This document shows, piece after piece, positions 9,004 through 18,507 of a DNA stretch of 64,000 bases (positions are counted from its first letter, which is position 1; the number at the start of each line of letters is the position of its first letter). The position numbers and the translations under genes are program-made. The notes beneath the pieces are model-generated. The model searched no databases and was not told where the DNA came from. It worked only from the letters and a program-made list of their open reading frames with translations. The stretch is from Chitinophaga pinensis (GTDB lineage Bacteria; Bacteroidota; Bacteroidia; UKL13-3). The DNA lies in contig CAMAWM010000008.1 of NCBI GenBank assembly GCA_945861965.1, forward strand, positions 6,353 through 70,352. The letters are read 5' to 3'.

Positions 9004-9555
9004 ATGAAAGCATTAGATAAATATTTACAAACAGTAAGAATAAACAAGGCGAAAAAATTTATCCGTAAAGATGATACTGTGTTGGATGTAGGCAGCGTTG
9101 ATGGTGTAATGTTTGAACGTTGGCGAGGATTTATAAAGCAAGGTTTTGGTATAGATCCAATTTTATCACAAGAAATAAAAACAGATTTATATACTTTAAT
9201 TCCTGGTTATTTTCCGGATGTCTGTCCTCAAAATATTACTTACGATGCCATAACAATGCTTGCTGTTTTGGAACATATTCCAACCGGTGTTCAAAATCAA
9301 TTAGCCGAAAATTGTTACAAATTATTAAATAAAAAAGGCAGAGTAATCATAACAGTTCCTTCGCCACAAGTTGATACTATTTTATCGTTGTTGTTAAAAT
9401 TAAAATTGGTTGAAGGCATGAGTTTGGAGGAGCATTACGGATTTAAGCCTGAGCATACCGAAGAGATTTTTTCGCCTCAGTATTTTACACTAATTCATAA
9501 ATCTACTTTTCAATTTGGCTTGAATAATTTTTTTGTTTTTGAACGAAAAGATTAA
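9004..9555 (+). CDS. Class I SAM-dependent methyltransferase
   Basis: VLDVGSVDGV (motif I) and LAVLEHIP (motif II/post-I). 183 aa. Confidence 0.7.
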   Translation: MKALDKYLQTVRINKAKKFIRKDDTVLDVGSVDGVMFERWRGFIKQGFGIDPILSQEIKTDLYTLIPGYFPDVCPQNITYDAITMLAVLEHIPTGVQNQLAENCYKLLNKKGRVIITVPSPQVDTILSLLLKLKLVEGMSLEEHYGFKPEHTEEIFSPQYFTLIHKSTFQFGLNNFFVFERKD

Positions 9556-9804
9556 TTTGTGTACCTTGTCCTAAAATAGGTTTAAACTAAAAGTTGGAAT
9601 TCCAAGAAAAAAGTGGACGAAAATTGTTTAGCATTATAACTTTCAACAAAATTATTATCGAAAAACAAATACATTAGTTAACTCAATTCAGCACTTAAAA
9701 TGAACCGTAAAGTTATAGCAGGTTTAATCAATTAAACTGTAAACTTTTTCAGGACGATTAGTTTTTATTCAATTAGATATTTTTTTGCTTGCAATAAAAC
9801 AAAA

Positions 9805-9836
9805 ACGGAGACTCTTGCAGGCCTCCGTATTTTGTG
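9805..9836. terminator. Hairpin terminator, possibly bidirectional
   Basis: ACGGAG (9805-9810) pairs with CTCCGT (9823-9828) around a 12-nt loop. It is flanked 5' by AAAACAAAAA and 3' by ATTTTGTG, and lies inside the long noncoding gap downstream of the methyltransferase gene. Confidence 0.45.
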
Positions 9837-10284
9837 AAATCAATTAAATCCCTCTTCGTTAAAAAAAGGAAGTACTTAAACATTTATGGCAACAACTACG
9901 AATAGCCGCTGTTAGAATTTAAGTCAAAGTTTAAAATGGCTGTGTTGATAAAAAATTAAATCTACAGCACATTCCTAATTGCTATAAAAAGATTTGTTCG
10001 TTTTGACTGAACGCTACTTTTTAGGTTTTTTAGGGTTGTAAAAATAAGAATAGTCCTGCTTTTCAAAAAATAAATTGAGCTTAAATTTTAACGACTTGAA
10101 CCTTGTTTGCTAACAATCAGACTCAAAAAGTGCAAAACAGGTGGGAAAAGCATAGCTTTTTCACAAAATAGTTTCAAATCGAAAATCATCTGGGAATCAG
10201 CTAGATAATAAGAAAAAATGAAATTATAGATTTGTTTTATTCCTTGTTTACAGACACTTAAGTAAAAATGAAATTTTAGGTCAA

Positions 10285-11613
10285 TTAATTTAAGATTTCC
10301 TTCCAAACTTTGCTCCAACCCAACCATTCTTTATTTTCAGAAAGTGACGAATTGTGCCAAATACTGATAAAATTTCCTGAAACATTTTTCACATTTTCTT
10401 TTAATTCAATCACTTTTTTAATTGCCATTTCTGGCGAAAGTTGCATAGCATCTTTTAAAGTTACATCCATCAAACAACATGGATTTATTATAAGATTAGT
10501 TGCCTCGTTTTTTTGCAAATCGAAAAACCGAAAGGGAAAAGATGTTGACGCTCTGAATCCAATTGCATTTGAATACGCCAAACTATAATCTTCAGAAATT
10601 GTGTGTTTGACAAGTTGTTGAAACGATGTAGGAAAATCAATTTTCAAAAAATGATTTCTTGAAATGTTCAATTTCTTTTCGGTTATTTTTTCATACGTGC
10701 GTTTCTCTTCCAACCAAACTTTTTCGTTTATCGATGAATAATAAGAAGGATGCAAACCCGATTCAAAATTCTGCGAAAGCGTTTTTATTAATTCAACAAA
10801 AGCGATAGAATTTATATTTTGGTTCTTATCCAATTGCGTTTCTTTTTGACTAAGCAGAAAAAAGAAAATTGTTTTGGCTTTTGTTTTTTTCGACTCTTCA
10901 ATAACTAAATCATAGGTATCAAATGGATCTTTAGTTTTTCTGCTAATAACAGATATTTGCAATTTCAATTCTTCAAAGTCAAATCGAAAAATGTTTCCAA
11001 TTGCCTTTTTGAGATTTCTATAAAATCCAAGCCCAAGATATTTATATGGAAAATCAAGATCGAACGAATTGCAAATTTCAAATTCAGAATTTTTAATTTT
11101 TAAATTCGGGTATTCATTCAATAAAACAGTCTTCAATTCATTCGCCCAAATATCGACCAATGGCAATTCAAGAAAATTGTTTTTAAAAGCTAAACTGTTT
11201 TCGTGTTTGTATCGTCCATGTTTGTCTCTTTGGGTTGGCAAATACTCTTCATATCGGCTTATCAAGTAAAATGAAGCCGCCAAAATATCAAACGCAAGAT
11301 GTTGTTTTGGTACTTCAATGTGATTTCCTTCGTTTAGTTTTTCTTCGAAAAAAAGTTTTTGCCAAACTGCATTTTCTGAAACATAAATGTTAAATTTATT
11401 GATTTCATACTCAAACAATAAATTGCTTGCAGGAATGTTTATGCAACGATGAAAAGGCTGAGTGCTGTAATTAATTTTTGGCGATTGCGAATTTTCAAAA
11501 TACTCTTCGCTTGTTGTTATTTTATAATTTAAGCCAAATCTTTGATGCAGTATTTCGTCTAAAATATAATTTAGTCGTGGCGCGTTTTCATCAATAGCAT
11601 AAATTAAAAGCAT
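10285..11613 (-). CDS. Hypothetical protein, 442 aa. Possibly a divergent polysaccharide-deacetylase-like or DUF-type enzyme.
   Basis: Long ORF with normal amino-acid composition and an in-frame ATG start. It sits 31 bp downstream of purK on the same strand. No motif I can assign confidently by eye. The HPSYYS and NPCCLMD segments are noted. Confidence 0.55.
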   Translation of the reverse strand: MLLIYAIDENAPRLNYILDEILHQRFGLNYKITTSEEYFENSQSPKINYSTQPFHRCINIPASNLLFEYEINKFNIYVSENAVWQKLFFEEKLNEGNHIEVPKQHLAFDILAASFYLISRYEEYLPTQRDKHGRYKHENSLAFKNNFLELPLVDIWANELKTVLLNEYPNLKIKNSEFEICNSFDLDFPYKYLGLGFYRNLKKAIGNIFRFDFEELKLQISVISRKTKDPFDTYDLVIEESKKTKAKTIFFFLLSQKETQLDKNQNINSIAFVELIKTLSQNFESGLHPSYYSSINEKVWLEEKRTYEKITEKKLNISRNHFLKIDFPTSFQQLVKHTISEDYSLAYSNAIGFRASTSFPFRFFDLQKNEATNLIINPCCLMDVTLKDAMQLSPEMAIKKVIELKENVKNVSGNFISIWHNSSLSENKEWLGWSKVWKEILN

Positions 11614-11644
11614 GATACAAATAAACGAAGAAGCAACTTAAAAA

Positions 11645-12802
11645 TTATGCTTTTTCAAAACCAGCAAAATCCATCACTTTTTTTGCTTTTGATTTTACCT
11701 CTTCAAGCGTGTTTGCCGTAACGGTTATGTGGCCTAATTTACGCATGGGTTTGCTTTCTTTTTTTCCGTAAAGATGAATGTAAACGCCATCCATTTCCTC
11801 TAATTCATTTAAATATTTTAATCTGTAATGCCCTGTGAAGGTAGTGTCGCCAAGCAAATTAATCATTGCAGCAGCTTGTATCAAATTGGTATTTCCCAAT
11901 GGCAATCCGATTAAAATTCTAACCAATTGTTCAAACTGCGAAGTGTTGCAAGCTTCGATGGTATGATGACCGGAATTGTGTGGTCGTGGTGCAATTTCAT
12001 TTATTAAAATAGTATCGTCTTGTGTTAAAAATAATTCAACCGCAAACAATCCTGGACTATTTAATGCATCAACCGCTTGCAGTGAAATCTGTTTTGCTTT
12101 TTTCTCTATATCAATTGAAATATCGGCAGGCGCAAATAAAAATGTAACAAGATTTGCAACAGCATCAAATTCCATTTCTACAATTGGATAGCATAAAATA
12201 TTTCCAAACACATCTTTGGCTACAATTACCGATAACTCTTTTTTGCAGTTCACAAATTCCTCTAAAACACAAGCACCATCGAACGGAATTGCGGATGGAT
12301 TGTTAAGCACTTCGTAGCTATTTAATATGCAAACGCCTTTTCCATCGTATCCGTCTTTGCGTGTTTTGGCTACAAATTTTTCTGCGCCTAAATTTTTAAT
12401 TGCATTTGTCCATTCGGATTTATTTTCGACTAAAAAATAGTTTGAAGTAGGAATATTATTCTCCGAATAAAACGTTTTTTGAAGTCCTTTGTCTTGTATT
12501 ATTTTTAAAATCCGTGGCGAAGGAATAATTTTTTTTCCCTCTTCTTCTAATTTTAAAAGTGCTGATGTATTTACATGCTCTATTTCGTAAGTTAACACAT
12601 CGCTAATTGCTGCCAATTCGTTTATTTTTTCTTCATCAGTAAGCTTACCTAAAATAAAATTATCGGCTAATGAGTTGCAAGGACAATCCAAATCGTTTTC
12701 CAAAACATTGAATTCAACATTTAGCTTCAACGATTCTTCAATCATCATTTTGCCAAGCTGACCTCCGCCAAGTATGCCTATTTTAGTTTTGCTTGAATTC
12801 AT
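11645..12802 (-). CDS. purK: N5-carboxyaminoimidazole ribonucleotide synthase
   Basis: KIGILGGGQLGKMM and the ATP-grasp fold. The length is typical for PurK. The track start is TTG at 12817, so I chose the ATG at 12800-12802 (MNSSKTKIGILGGG). Confidence 0.9.
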   Translation of the reverse strand: MNSSKTKIGILGGGQLGKMMIEESLKLNVEFNVLENDLDCPCNSLADNFILGKLTDEEKINELAAISDVLTYEIEHVNTSALLKLEEEGKKIIPSPRILKIIQDKGLQKTFYSENNIPTSNYFLVENKSEWTNAIKNLGAEKFVAKTRKDGYDGKGVCILNSYEVLNNPSAIPFDGACVLEEFVNCKKELSVIVAKDVFGNILCYPIVEMEFDAVANLVTFLFAPADISIDIEKKAKQISLQAVDALNSPGLFAVELFLTQDDTILINEIAPRPHNSGHHTIEACNTSQFEQLVRILIGLPLGNTNLIQAAAMINLLGDTTFTGHYRLKYLNELEEMDGVYIHLYGKKESKPMRKLGHITVTANTLEEVKSKAKKVMDFAGFEKA

Positions 12803-12860
12803 TTTAAAGTATGGCAAAAGTAGTTTTTTTGTTTGCTGTAAACGGCAAGAAAAATGGTTT

Positions 12861-13130
12861 TTACTTTTTTTTATTTTTTACTTTTTGATTTTCAGTAAAT
12901 CCTTCATCAAAAAACTCTACTGGAGTTATTTCAAAAGCATCAATCAATTTCATTAAACTGCTGAAACGAATATCTTCACCCTTTTCATAACGCCCATATT
13001 GAGAACGAGAAAAGCCATGGTCATAAGCAAAGTATTCGTAGCTTGAATACCCTTTTTTTATTCGTAGCTGTTTAATTCGCGTAGCTAATTTTTGAATAAA
13101 CGGATTGTCGGCTTTTGATAATTTAGACAT
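12861..13130 (-). CDS. XRE-family helix-turn-helix transcriptional regulator
   Basis: 89 aa. IKQLRIKKGYSSYEYFAYDHGFSRSQYGRYEKGE is a classic HTH_XRE/Cro-C1 motif. Confidence 0.7.
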   Translation of the reverse strand: MSKLSKADNPFIQKLATRIKQLRIKKGYSSYEYFAYDHGFSRSQYGRYEKGEDIRFSSLMKLIDAFEITPVEFFDEGFTENQKVKNKKK

Positions 13131-13247
13131 TTGCTAACAAACCAAACCATTTAACACCTAATTCGTTACCATTAAATAAAAACCACTATTTAGTTGTTTA
13201 TTAATTTTTTAATGTTTCATTTGTACTATAATTAAAAAACTAAAGCT

Positions 13248-13748
13248 ATGAAAAAGATTTCAATTTATTTCTTAATGTCATTGTGGATGTTAATTACTCT
13301 TAATTCCTGCGGCACTTATAATTTCCATCTTGGAAGGGCTTTATATAAACCAGATAAAATTCAGCCACAGGTTAAATTAGATAAAGTTAAAAAAGTTTTT
13401 CAGTTAAATAATCCTCCCGATATAGAAAATAATAAACACTTAGAGGTGGCTTCAAATAGCGAACAAATCACAGCACAGAATTTTACAACTAGTTTACCCA
13501 AAATAAATTCAAATAAAAAAGCAATTGTAATACCAACTGATAAGCCAATAAAAGCCGCCTCTACAAATCAGATTATTACCTCGCCTCTAAAAAAACAAGT
13601 ATCATCTACAGTACAAGAAGATAAAAAAGGAAGTCCGCAAAGCGTTGGTCTTGCCTTAGCGATTGCGGGTTTAGTAGTATTACTATTTGTTTCTATTTTA
13701 TTAGGCTTAGTTCTTTTGATTGTAGGTCTTATTTTAGCTGTTATGTAA
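13248..13748 (+). CDS. Lipoprotein with C-terminal transmembrane anchor, function unknown
   Basis: N-terminal MKKISIYFLMSLWMLITLNSCG is a lipobox. The middle is low-complexity and Ser/Thr/Lys/Pro-rich. The C-terminal 35 aa are strongly hydrophobic (GLALAIAGLVVLLFVSILLGLVLLIVGLILAVM). Confidence 0.5.
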   Translation: MKKISIYFLMSLWMLITLNSCGTYNFHLGRALYKPDKIQPQVKLDKVKKVFQLNNPPDIENNKHLEVASNSEQITAQNFTTSLPKINSNKKAIVIPTDKPIKAASTNQIITSPLKKQVSSTVQEDKKGSPQSVGLALAIAGLVVLLFVSILLGLVLLIVGLILAVM

Positions 13749-13762
13749 AAACCCTTAGCAAA

Positions 13763-14896
13763 CTAAAAAGATTTTTGTGAAAGCACGTTTAGATAAAATT
13801 TTTCATAAACAGGCACAATCGTATTGATATCAAATTCAAGTGCGCGTTTTAATGCATTTGCTTTAAATTCGTTTAAACGATTTTCGTCTTCTAATAAATA
13901 AACACCTTTGGCTGCCATGCTTTCCACATCGCCAACGGCACACATAAATCCCGTTTCGCCTTCAATTATCAATTCGGGTATTCCGCCTGCATTGCTTGCA
14001 ATTACTGGCACTTCGCAAGCCATAGCTTCCAATGCAGCAAGTCCAAAACTTTCTGTTTCGCTTGGCATTAAAAACAAATCGCAAATGGATAAAATTTCTT
14101 CAACGGTATTTTGCTTTCCTAAAAAACTAACGTGATTGCAAATGTCTAATTCGCGGCTCAATAATTCGGCATTGTGCCTTTCAGGACCATCGCCAACTAA
14201 TATTAATTTGGCTGGTATTTTTTCGACTATTTTAGCAAATATTTTTAGTACATCTCCCACACGTTTTACTTTTCTAAAGTTGGATGTATGAACTATTAAT
14301 TTTTCGTTGCCAGGCGCAATTGATTTTTTAAATGGCTCTTTTGATTGTTTTTGAAAACGATTAAAGTCAATAAAATTTGGTATAACTTCAATATGTTTTT
14401 TGGTGTTAAAAAATTTGTAGGTGTCTCGTTTCAATGATTCGGAAACTGATGTTACCGCATCAGACATATTGATGGAATGAGTTACTACTGGTTCAAACGA
14501 AGTGTCTTTGCCAACCAATGTGATATCAGTTCCATGTAGCGTTGTAATTACAGGTATTTTTATTCCTTGGCTTGCCAATATTTGTTTTGCCAAAATTGCA
14601 GCCGATGCATGAGGAATGGCATAATGCACATGAAGCAAATCCAATTTTTCAAATTTCACTACATCAACAAGTCGGCTAGTTAAAGAGGTTTCGTAAGGCG
14701 GAAAATCAAACAAAGGATAGGTGCTAACATTGACCTCATGAAAGAAAATGTTTTTATCAAAAAAATCTAATCGCTCGGGTTGTTTGTATGAAATAAAATG
14801 AACAGAATGGCCACGTTGTGCCAAAGATTTACCCAATTCGGTTGCTACCACACCGCTTCCACCATAAGTTGGATAGCATACAATTCCAATTTTCAT
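13763..14896 (-). CDS. bshA: N-acetyl-alpha-D-glucosaminyl L-malate synthase (GT4 glycosyltransferase, bacillithiol biosynthesis)
   Basis: MKIGIVCYPTYGGSGVVATELGKSLAQRGH is the BshA-type N-terminus. C-terminal GT4 motif EtESFGLAALEAMACEVPVIASNAGGIPE. Confidence 0.8.
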   Translation of the reverse strand: MKIGIVCYPTYGGSGVVATELGKSLAQRGHSVHFISYKQPERLDFFDKNIFFHEVNVSTYPLFDFPPYETSLTSRLVDVVKFEKLDLLHVHYAIPHASAAILAKQILASQGIKIPVITTLHGTDITLVGKDTSFEPVVTHSINMSDAVTSVSESLKRDTYKFFNTKKHIEVIPNFIDFNRFQKQSKEPFKKSIAPGNEKLIVHTSNFRKVKRVGDVLKIFAKIVEKIPAKLILVGDGPERHNAELLSRELDICNHVSFLGKQNTVEEILSICDLFLMPSETESFGLAALEAMACEVPVIASNAGGIPELIIEGETGFMCAVGDVESMAAKGVYLLEDENRLNEFKANALKRALEFDINTIVPVYEKFYLNVLSQKSF

Positions 14897-14962
14897 TTTA
14901 AAAATAATTTACACTTGAAGGCGCAAATGTCTGCAATTTGATTTTGATAAACACTATTCGTG

Positions 14963-15919
14963 TTAAACCTTTCTCGCTAAAACTTTCAAAACCTTTTCTA
15001 CAATATTTGAAGTATCCAATCCGTATTTTATCATCAACTCATCGGGCGTTCCACTCTCGCCAAAGCTGTCGTTTACAGCTACCATTTCGCCAGGTGTTGG
15101 CAAATTGCGAGCTAATAACTGAAAAATGCTATCGCCCAATCCGCCATTCATCTGATGCTCTTCGGCCGTTACTACACAACGAGTTTTTCTAACTGAATTC
15201 AACACTGCATTATCGTCAAGCGGTTTTATGGTATGAATATTTATTATTTCGGCATGTATTCCTTTTTCAGCCAAAATATGACCGGCTTCAATTGCTTTCC
15301 AAACCAAATGCCCAGTCGCAAAAATTGAAACATCAGCACCTTCGTTTAGCACAATTGCTTTTCCAATTTCGAAGTGTTGATTTTCGGGTGTAAAATTAGG
15401 AACCGCAGGACGACCAAATCTTAAATAAACCGGACCCAAATGTTTTGAAATGGCAATGGTTGCTGCTTTGGTTTGATTGAAATCGCAGGGATTTATAACT
15501 ACCATATTTGGCAGCATTTTCATTAATCCTAAATCTTCCAAAATCTGGTGTGTTGCACCGTCTTCGCCCAATGTTATGCCTGCATGCGAAGCGCAAATTT
15601 TTACGTTTTTATTTGAATACGCTATTGATTGTCTAATTTGATCGTACACTCTTCCGGTCGAAAAATTAGCAAAAGTTCCGGTGTATGGAATGTATCCGCC
15701 AATGGTTAATCCTGCAGCAACTCCCATCATATTTGCTTCGGCAACTCCTGCTTGAAAAAACCGTGTCGGAAAATCTTTTTGGAATGCATCCATTTTTAAT
15801 GATCCCGTTAAGTCTGCACACAATCCAAGTACTTTTGGGTTGGTTTTTCCAAGTTCGTGTAAGCCAACACCAAAGCCGCTTCGTGTGTCTTTTACATTTT
15901 GTATTTCGAATGTTTTCAT
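14963..15919 (-). CDS. Transketolase, C-terminal subunit (pyrimidine-binding and C-terminal domains)
   Basis: 318 aa. Conserved motifs: GDLGGGTGSSFF-like region reversed in order, then GPTHQ(ILEDLG) and EEHQMNGGLG. Matches the C-terminal half of split transketolases. Confidence 0.85.
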   Translation of the reverse strand: MKTFEIQNVKDTRSGFGVGLHELGKTNPKVLGLCADLTGSLKMDAFQKDFPTRFFQAGVAEANMMGVAAGLTIGGYIPYTGTFANFSTGRVYDQIRQSIAYSNKNVKICASHAGITLGEDGATHQILEDLGLMKMLPNMVVINPCDFNQTKAATIAISKHLGPVYLRFGRPAVPNFTPENQHFEIGKAIVLNEGADVSIFATGHLVWKAIEAGHILAEKGIHAEIINIHTIKPLDDNAVLNSVRKTRCVVTAEEHQMNGGLGDSIFQLLARNLPTPGEMVAVNDSFGESGTPDELMIKYGLDTSNIVEKVLKVLARKV

Positions 15920-15933
15920 AGTTTTAATTTTTT

Positions 15934-16002
15934 ATGGCTGTCATGCTGAAGAACGGAGCATCTTTATTAGATTTTCACTTTGTTCAGAATGACAGCAGCC
16001 AT
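15934..16002. repeat. Inverted repeat with about 21-nt arms filling the intergenic space between the vWA gene and the transketolase C-subunit gene
   Basis: ATGGCTGTCATGCTGAAGAAC (15934-15954) and GTTCAGAATGACAGCAGCCAT (15982-16002) form an imperfect hairpin with a 27-nt loop. No clear flanking T-run. Confidence 0.4.
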
Positions 16003-17421
16003 TTAGTTTAATGTAATATTTGTTGCCTGTCCGCTTGTTACTTTAAATTCTCGGACAAATGAATTGTTGCTTCTTGTCGAACCTTTTGCTCGGTAAATTA
16101 ATTTATAATCTCCTGGCTGTATCACCAAAAAATGTCTTCTGTTTTCAACTGGTAGTTTGCAAACCCAAATCATTTCACCGCGAATTATTTGATACACATC
16201 GGCATAAAATTCCTGTACTTGACAGGTTACAGTCAACTTGCCAGGTTGTGGCAATTGTATAGTTGTTAGTTTGCTTTGATCAATCGACACATTTGGATAG
16301 AGAAATCGAGGAAGCGTTAAAACCTCTAAATCGTATTTCCCTATTAAATATTTTTCTTTTGTGTTGGCAAGCTGCACGTGCAGCGTTTTGTTTTGCCCCG
16401 GTTGTTTTACGATAAATTTAAGTTCGTTGTAGTTTGTGATTCCTTCTACTTTTACCATCAATTCGCCTTGTGCTCCATCAACGCCAATTATTGTGTGTTT
16501 GCCTGGCGTTACTACAATATCTTCTTTTACTACCTGCGGAATGGTATGTACTACCATTTTATATTTGTACAAAGGATCGAGCTGAATGGTGTCAGGATTT
16601 CCGCGCTCGTTTATTGTATGCATGTAATTGTACATAAGCTGCTTTGAATCCATGTCATAAAAACTCATGTTTACATTGCTTTCAGTTGGACGGCTGTAAA
16701 TGTCCAAAAGGTTTACTTGAGCCGTTGTATTATTAAGCGCTTGTGAAACCACAATGTTCAACACGTTATTAAAACTTTCTTCGGTGTTGGCATCGTAATA
16801 TCTTCCAACGCATTCAAATGCTTTTTGAAATGCATCGGTAGTTCCCAATCCAATAATAAATGGCTTTAATATTATGCCTTGACTTTGAAGCGCTTCGCTT
16901 ACTGCACAAGGGTCTCCAGCACATTCTTCGATACCATCGGTTATTAAAATTATTACATTTCTAACGTTTGGTTCTTTTGGAAAATCGTTTGCAGATTCCT
17001 GCAACGAATGAGCAATTAATGTAGTTCCTTTCGGAGTTATTGATGCAATTCTTTTTTGTATTTCAGCGTGGTTGTCTTTTTTAAATGCAACTTCAAGTCG
17101 TGTGTCGCTGCAATCTTTTCGATTTGGTGGAGATGTATGTCCATAAACGCGCAATGCCAATTCAACACCTTTGGCATTTTCTAAACTATCAATAATTTTA
17201 GATAAAAGTTTTTTGGCCACATTGATTCGAGTGTCTTTATCCATGCGAGCATACATGCTACCCGAAGCGTCAAGTAAAAATAAAATTCTTGTTTTGTTGG
17301 TGCGATAATTTTGTTGCGCTGAACTTGAAAAAACTAAAAGTATCAGCACCAAAAAAATGCAAATACGCAGATAAACGGATATGAAAATTTGCTTGTCGAT
17401 ATTTTTAAAAAACGTAATCAA
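16003..17421 (-). CDS. von Willebrand factor type A (vWA) domain protein with N-terminal signal/anchor and C-terminal beta-rich domain
   Basis: RILFLLDASGSMYARMDKDTRINVAKKLL is the MIDAS motif DxSxS. The TTG start sits at the top of the ORF, followed by a hydrophobic leader. 472 aa. Confidence 0.7.
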   Translation of the reverse strand: MITFFKNIDKQIFISVYLRICIFLVLILLVFSSSAQQNYRTNKTRILFLLDASGSMYARMDKDTRINVAKKLLSKIIDSLENAKGVELALRVYGHTSPPNRKDCSDTRLEVAFKKDNHAEIQKRIASITPKGTTLIAHSLQESANDFPKEPNVRNVIILITDGIEECAGDPCAVSEALQSQGIILKPFIIGLGTTDAFQKAFECVGRYYDANTEESFNNVLNIVVSQALNNTTAQVNLLDIYSRPTESNVNMSFYDMDSKQLMYNYMHTINERGNPDTIQLDPLYKYKMVVHTIPQVVKEDIVVTPGKHTIIGVDGAQGELMVKVEGITNYNELKFIVKQPGQNKTLHVQLANTKEKYLIGKYDLEVLTLPRFLYPNVSIDQSKLTTIQLPQPGKLTVTCQVQEFYADVYQIIRGEMIWVCKLPVENRRHFLVIQPGDYKLIYRAKGSTRSNNSFVREFKVTSGQATNITLN

Positions 17422-17463
17422 TAAACTAATTATTTTGTATGGTTTTATTTTTTAATAATGAAA

Positions 17464-18312
17464 TTAATAATCAAGCAAAGACGAAGGCAACTGTGACAAT
17501 GCATTTTCAAGCTCAGCATCATTTGGCGCTACACCGTGCCATTTGTGGCTTCCCATCATAAAATCAACTGGATAACCCATTTCGGTACTCATAACTATGA
17601 AAACAGGTTTTCCTTTTCCGCTTAACGATTTTGCTTCATTCATCGTTTGTAATATACTTTCAAAATCGTGGCCATTCATATTCAAAACTTCCCAACCAAA
17701 TGACAGCAATCGTGTCTTTAAATTCTCGCTGCTTATTCCCATTATATTTTTTGTTTGCCCATCAATTTGTTGCCCATTGCTATCAATAGTTACAATTAAA
17801 TTGTCAACTTTATTTTGCGCAGCAAACATAAAAGCTTCCCAATTTTGCCCTTCTTGAATTTCGCCATCACCCATTAATGCATACACTAAACTAGTGTCGT
17901 TGTTTAGTTTTTTTGATAAAGCAATTCCTATCGAAACTGAAACGCCTTGACCAAGCGAACCTGTTGCAATTCGTACTCCAGGCAAATGCTCGGCAGTTGC
18001 TGGGTGGCCTTGCAAACGCGAATTTATTTTTCTGAAAGTTTTCAATTCATCCAATTCAAAATATCCAGAACGAGCTAATGTGCTGTAAAAAACAGGCGAT
18101 ATATGTCCGTTAGACAAAATAAAAACATCTTCATTAATGCCATCCATATTGAATTTCGGATTGTGATGCATTATTTCAAAATACAAAGCCGTAAAGAAAT
18201 CGGCACATCCTATTGATCCACCAGGATGGCCACTTTTACAAGCATGTACCATGCGTAAAACATCCCTTCTAATCTGTGTTGCGGTTTCTTGTAATTGCTT
18301 TATATCGGCCAT
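17464..18312 (-). CDS. Transketolase, N-terminal subunit (thiamine-diphosphate-binding domain)
   Basis: LRMVHACKSGHPGGSIGCADF...GSLGQG...LMGDGEIQEGQNWEA are transketolase TPP-binding motifs. 282 aa. Confidence 0.85.
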   Translation of the reverse strand: MADIKQLQETATQIRRDVLRMVHACKSGHPGGSIGCADFFTALYFEIMHHNPKFNMDGINEDVFILSNGHISPVFYSTLARSGYFELDELKTFRKINSRLQGHPATAEHLPGVRIATGSLGQGVSVSIGIALSKKLNNDTSLVYALMGDGEIQEGQNWEAFMFAAQNKVDNLIVTIDSNGQQIDGQTKNIMGISSENLKTRLLSFGWEVLNMNGHDFESILQTMNEAKSLSGKGKPVFIVMSTEMGYPVDFMMGSHKWHGVAPNDAELENALSQLPSSLLDY

Positions 18313-18507
18313 TATTTTTTAGTAGATGTTTGCGAAAATAATCAACGTGTTTGATTGGCTGAAACTTTTGTTTGCACAAAGTATCAATATTTATTTTGCC
18401 CTCGTTTTTTATATTCAAAAGTGCTTTTCGTACCTTGTTCAATACATTGTCGTTGCTGTGTTATTAATTAGTAAGCAAGTACAATTACTTAAAAATTACA
18501 TTTGCGT

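Noticed and set aside
10088-10327. 79-aa ORF inside the long noncoding gap
   Set aside because: It overlaps the 3' end of the 442-aa gene and has no start context. Its composition (Phe/Leu/Ile/Lys-rich) is typical of random AT-rich DNA.
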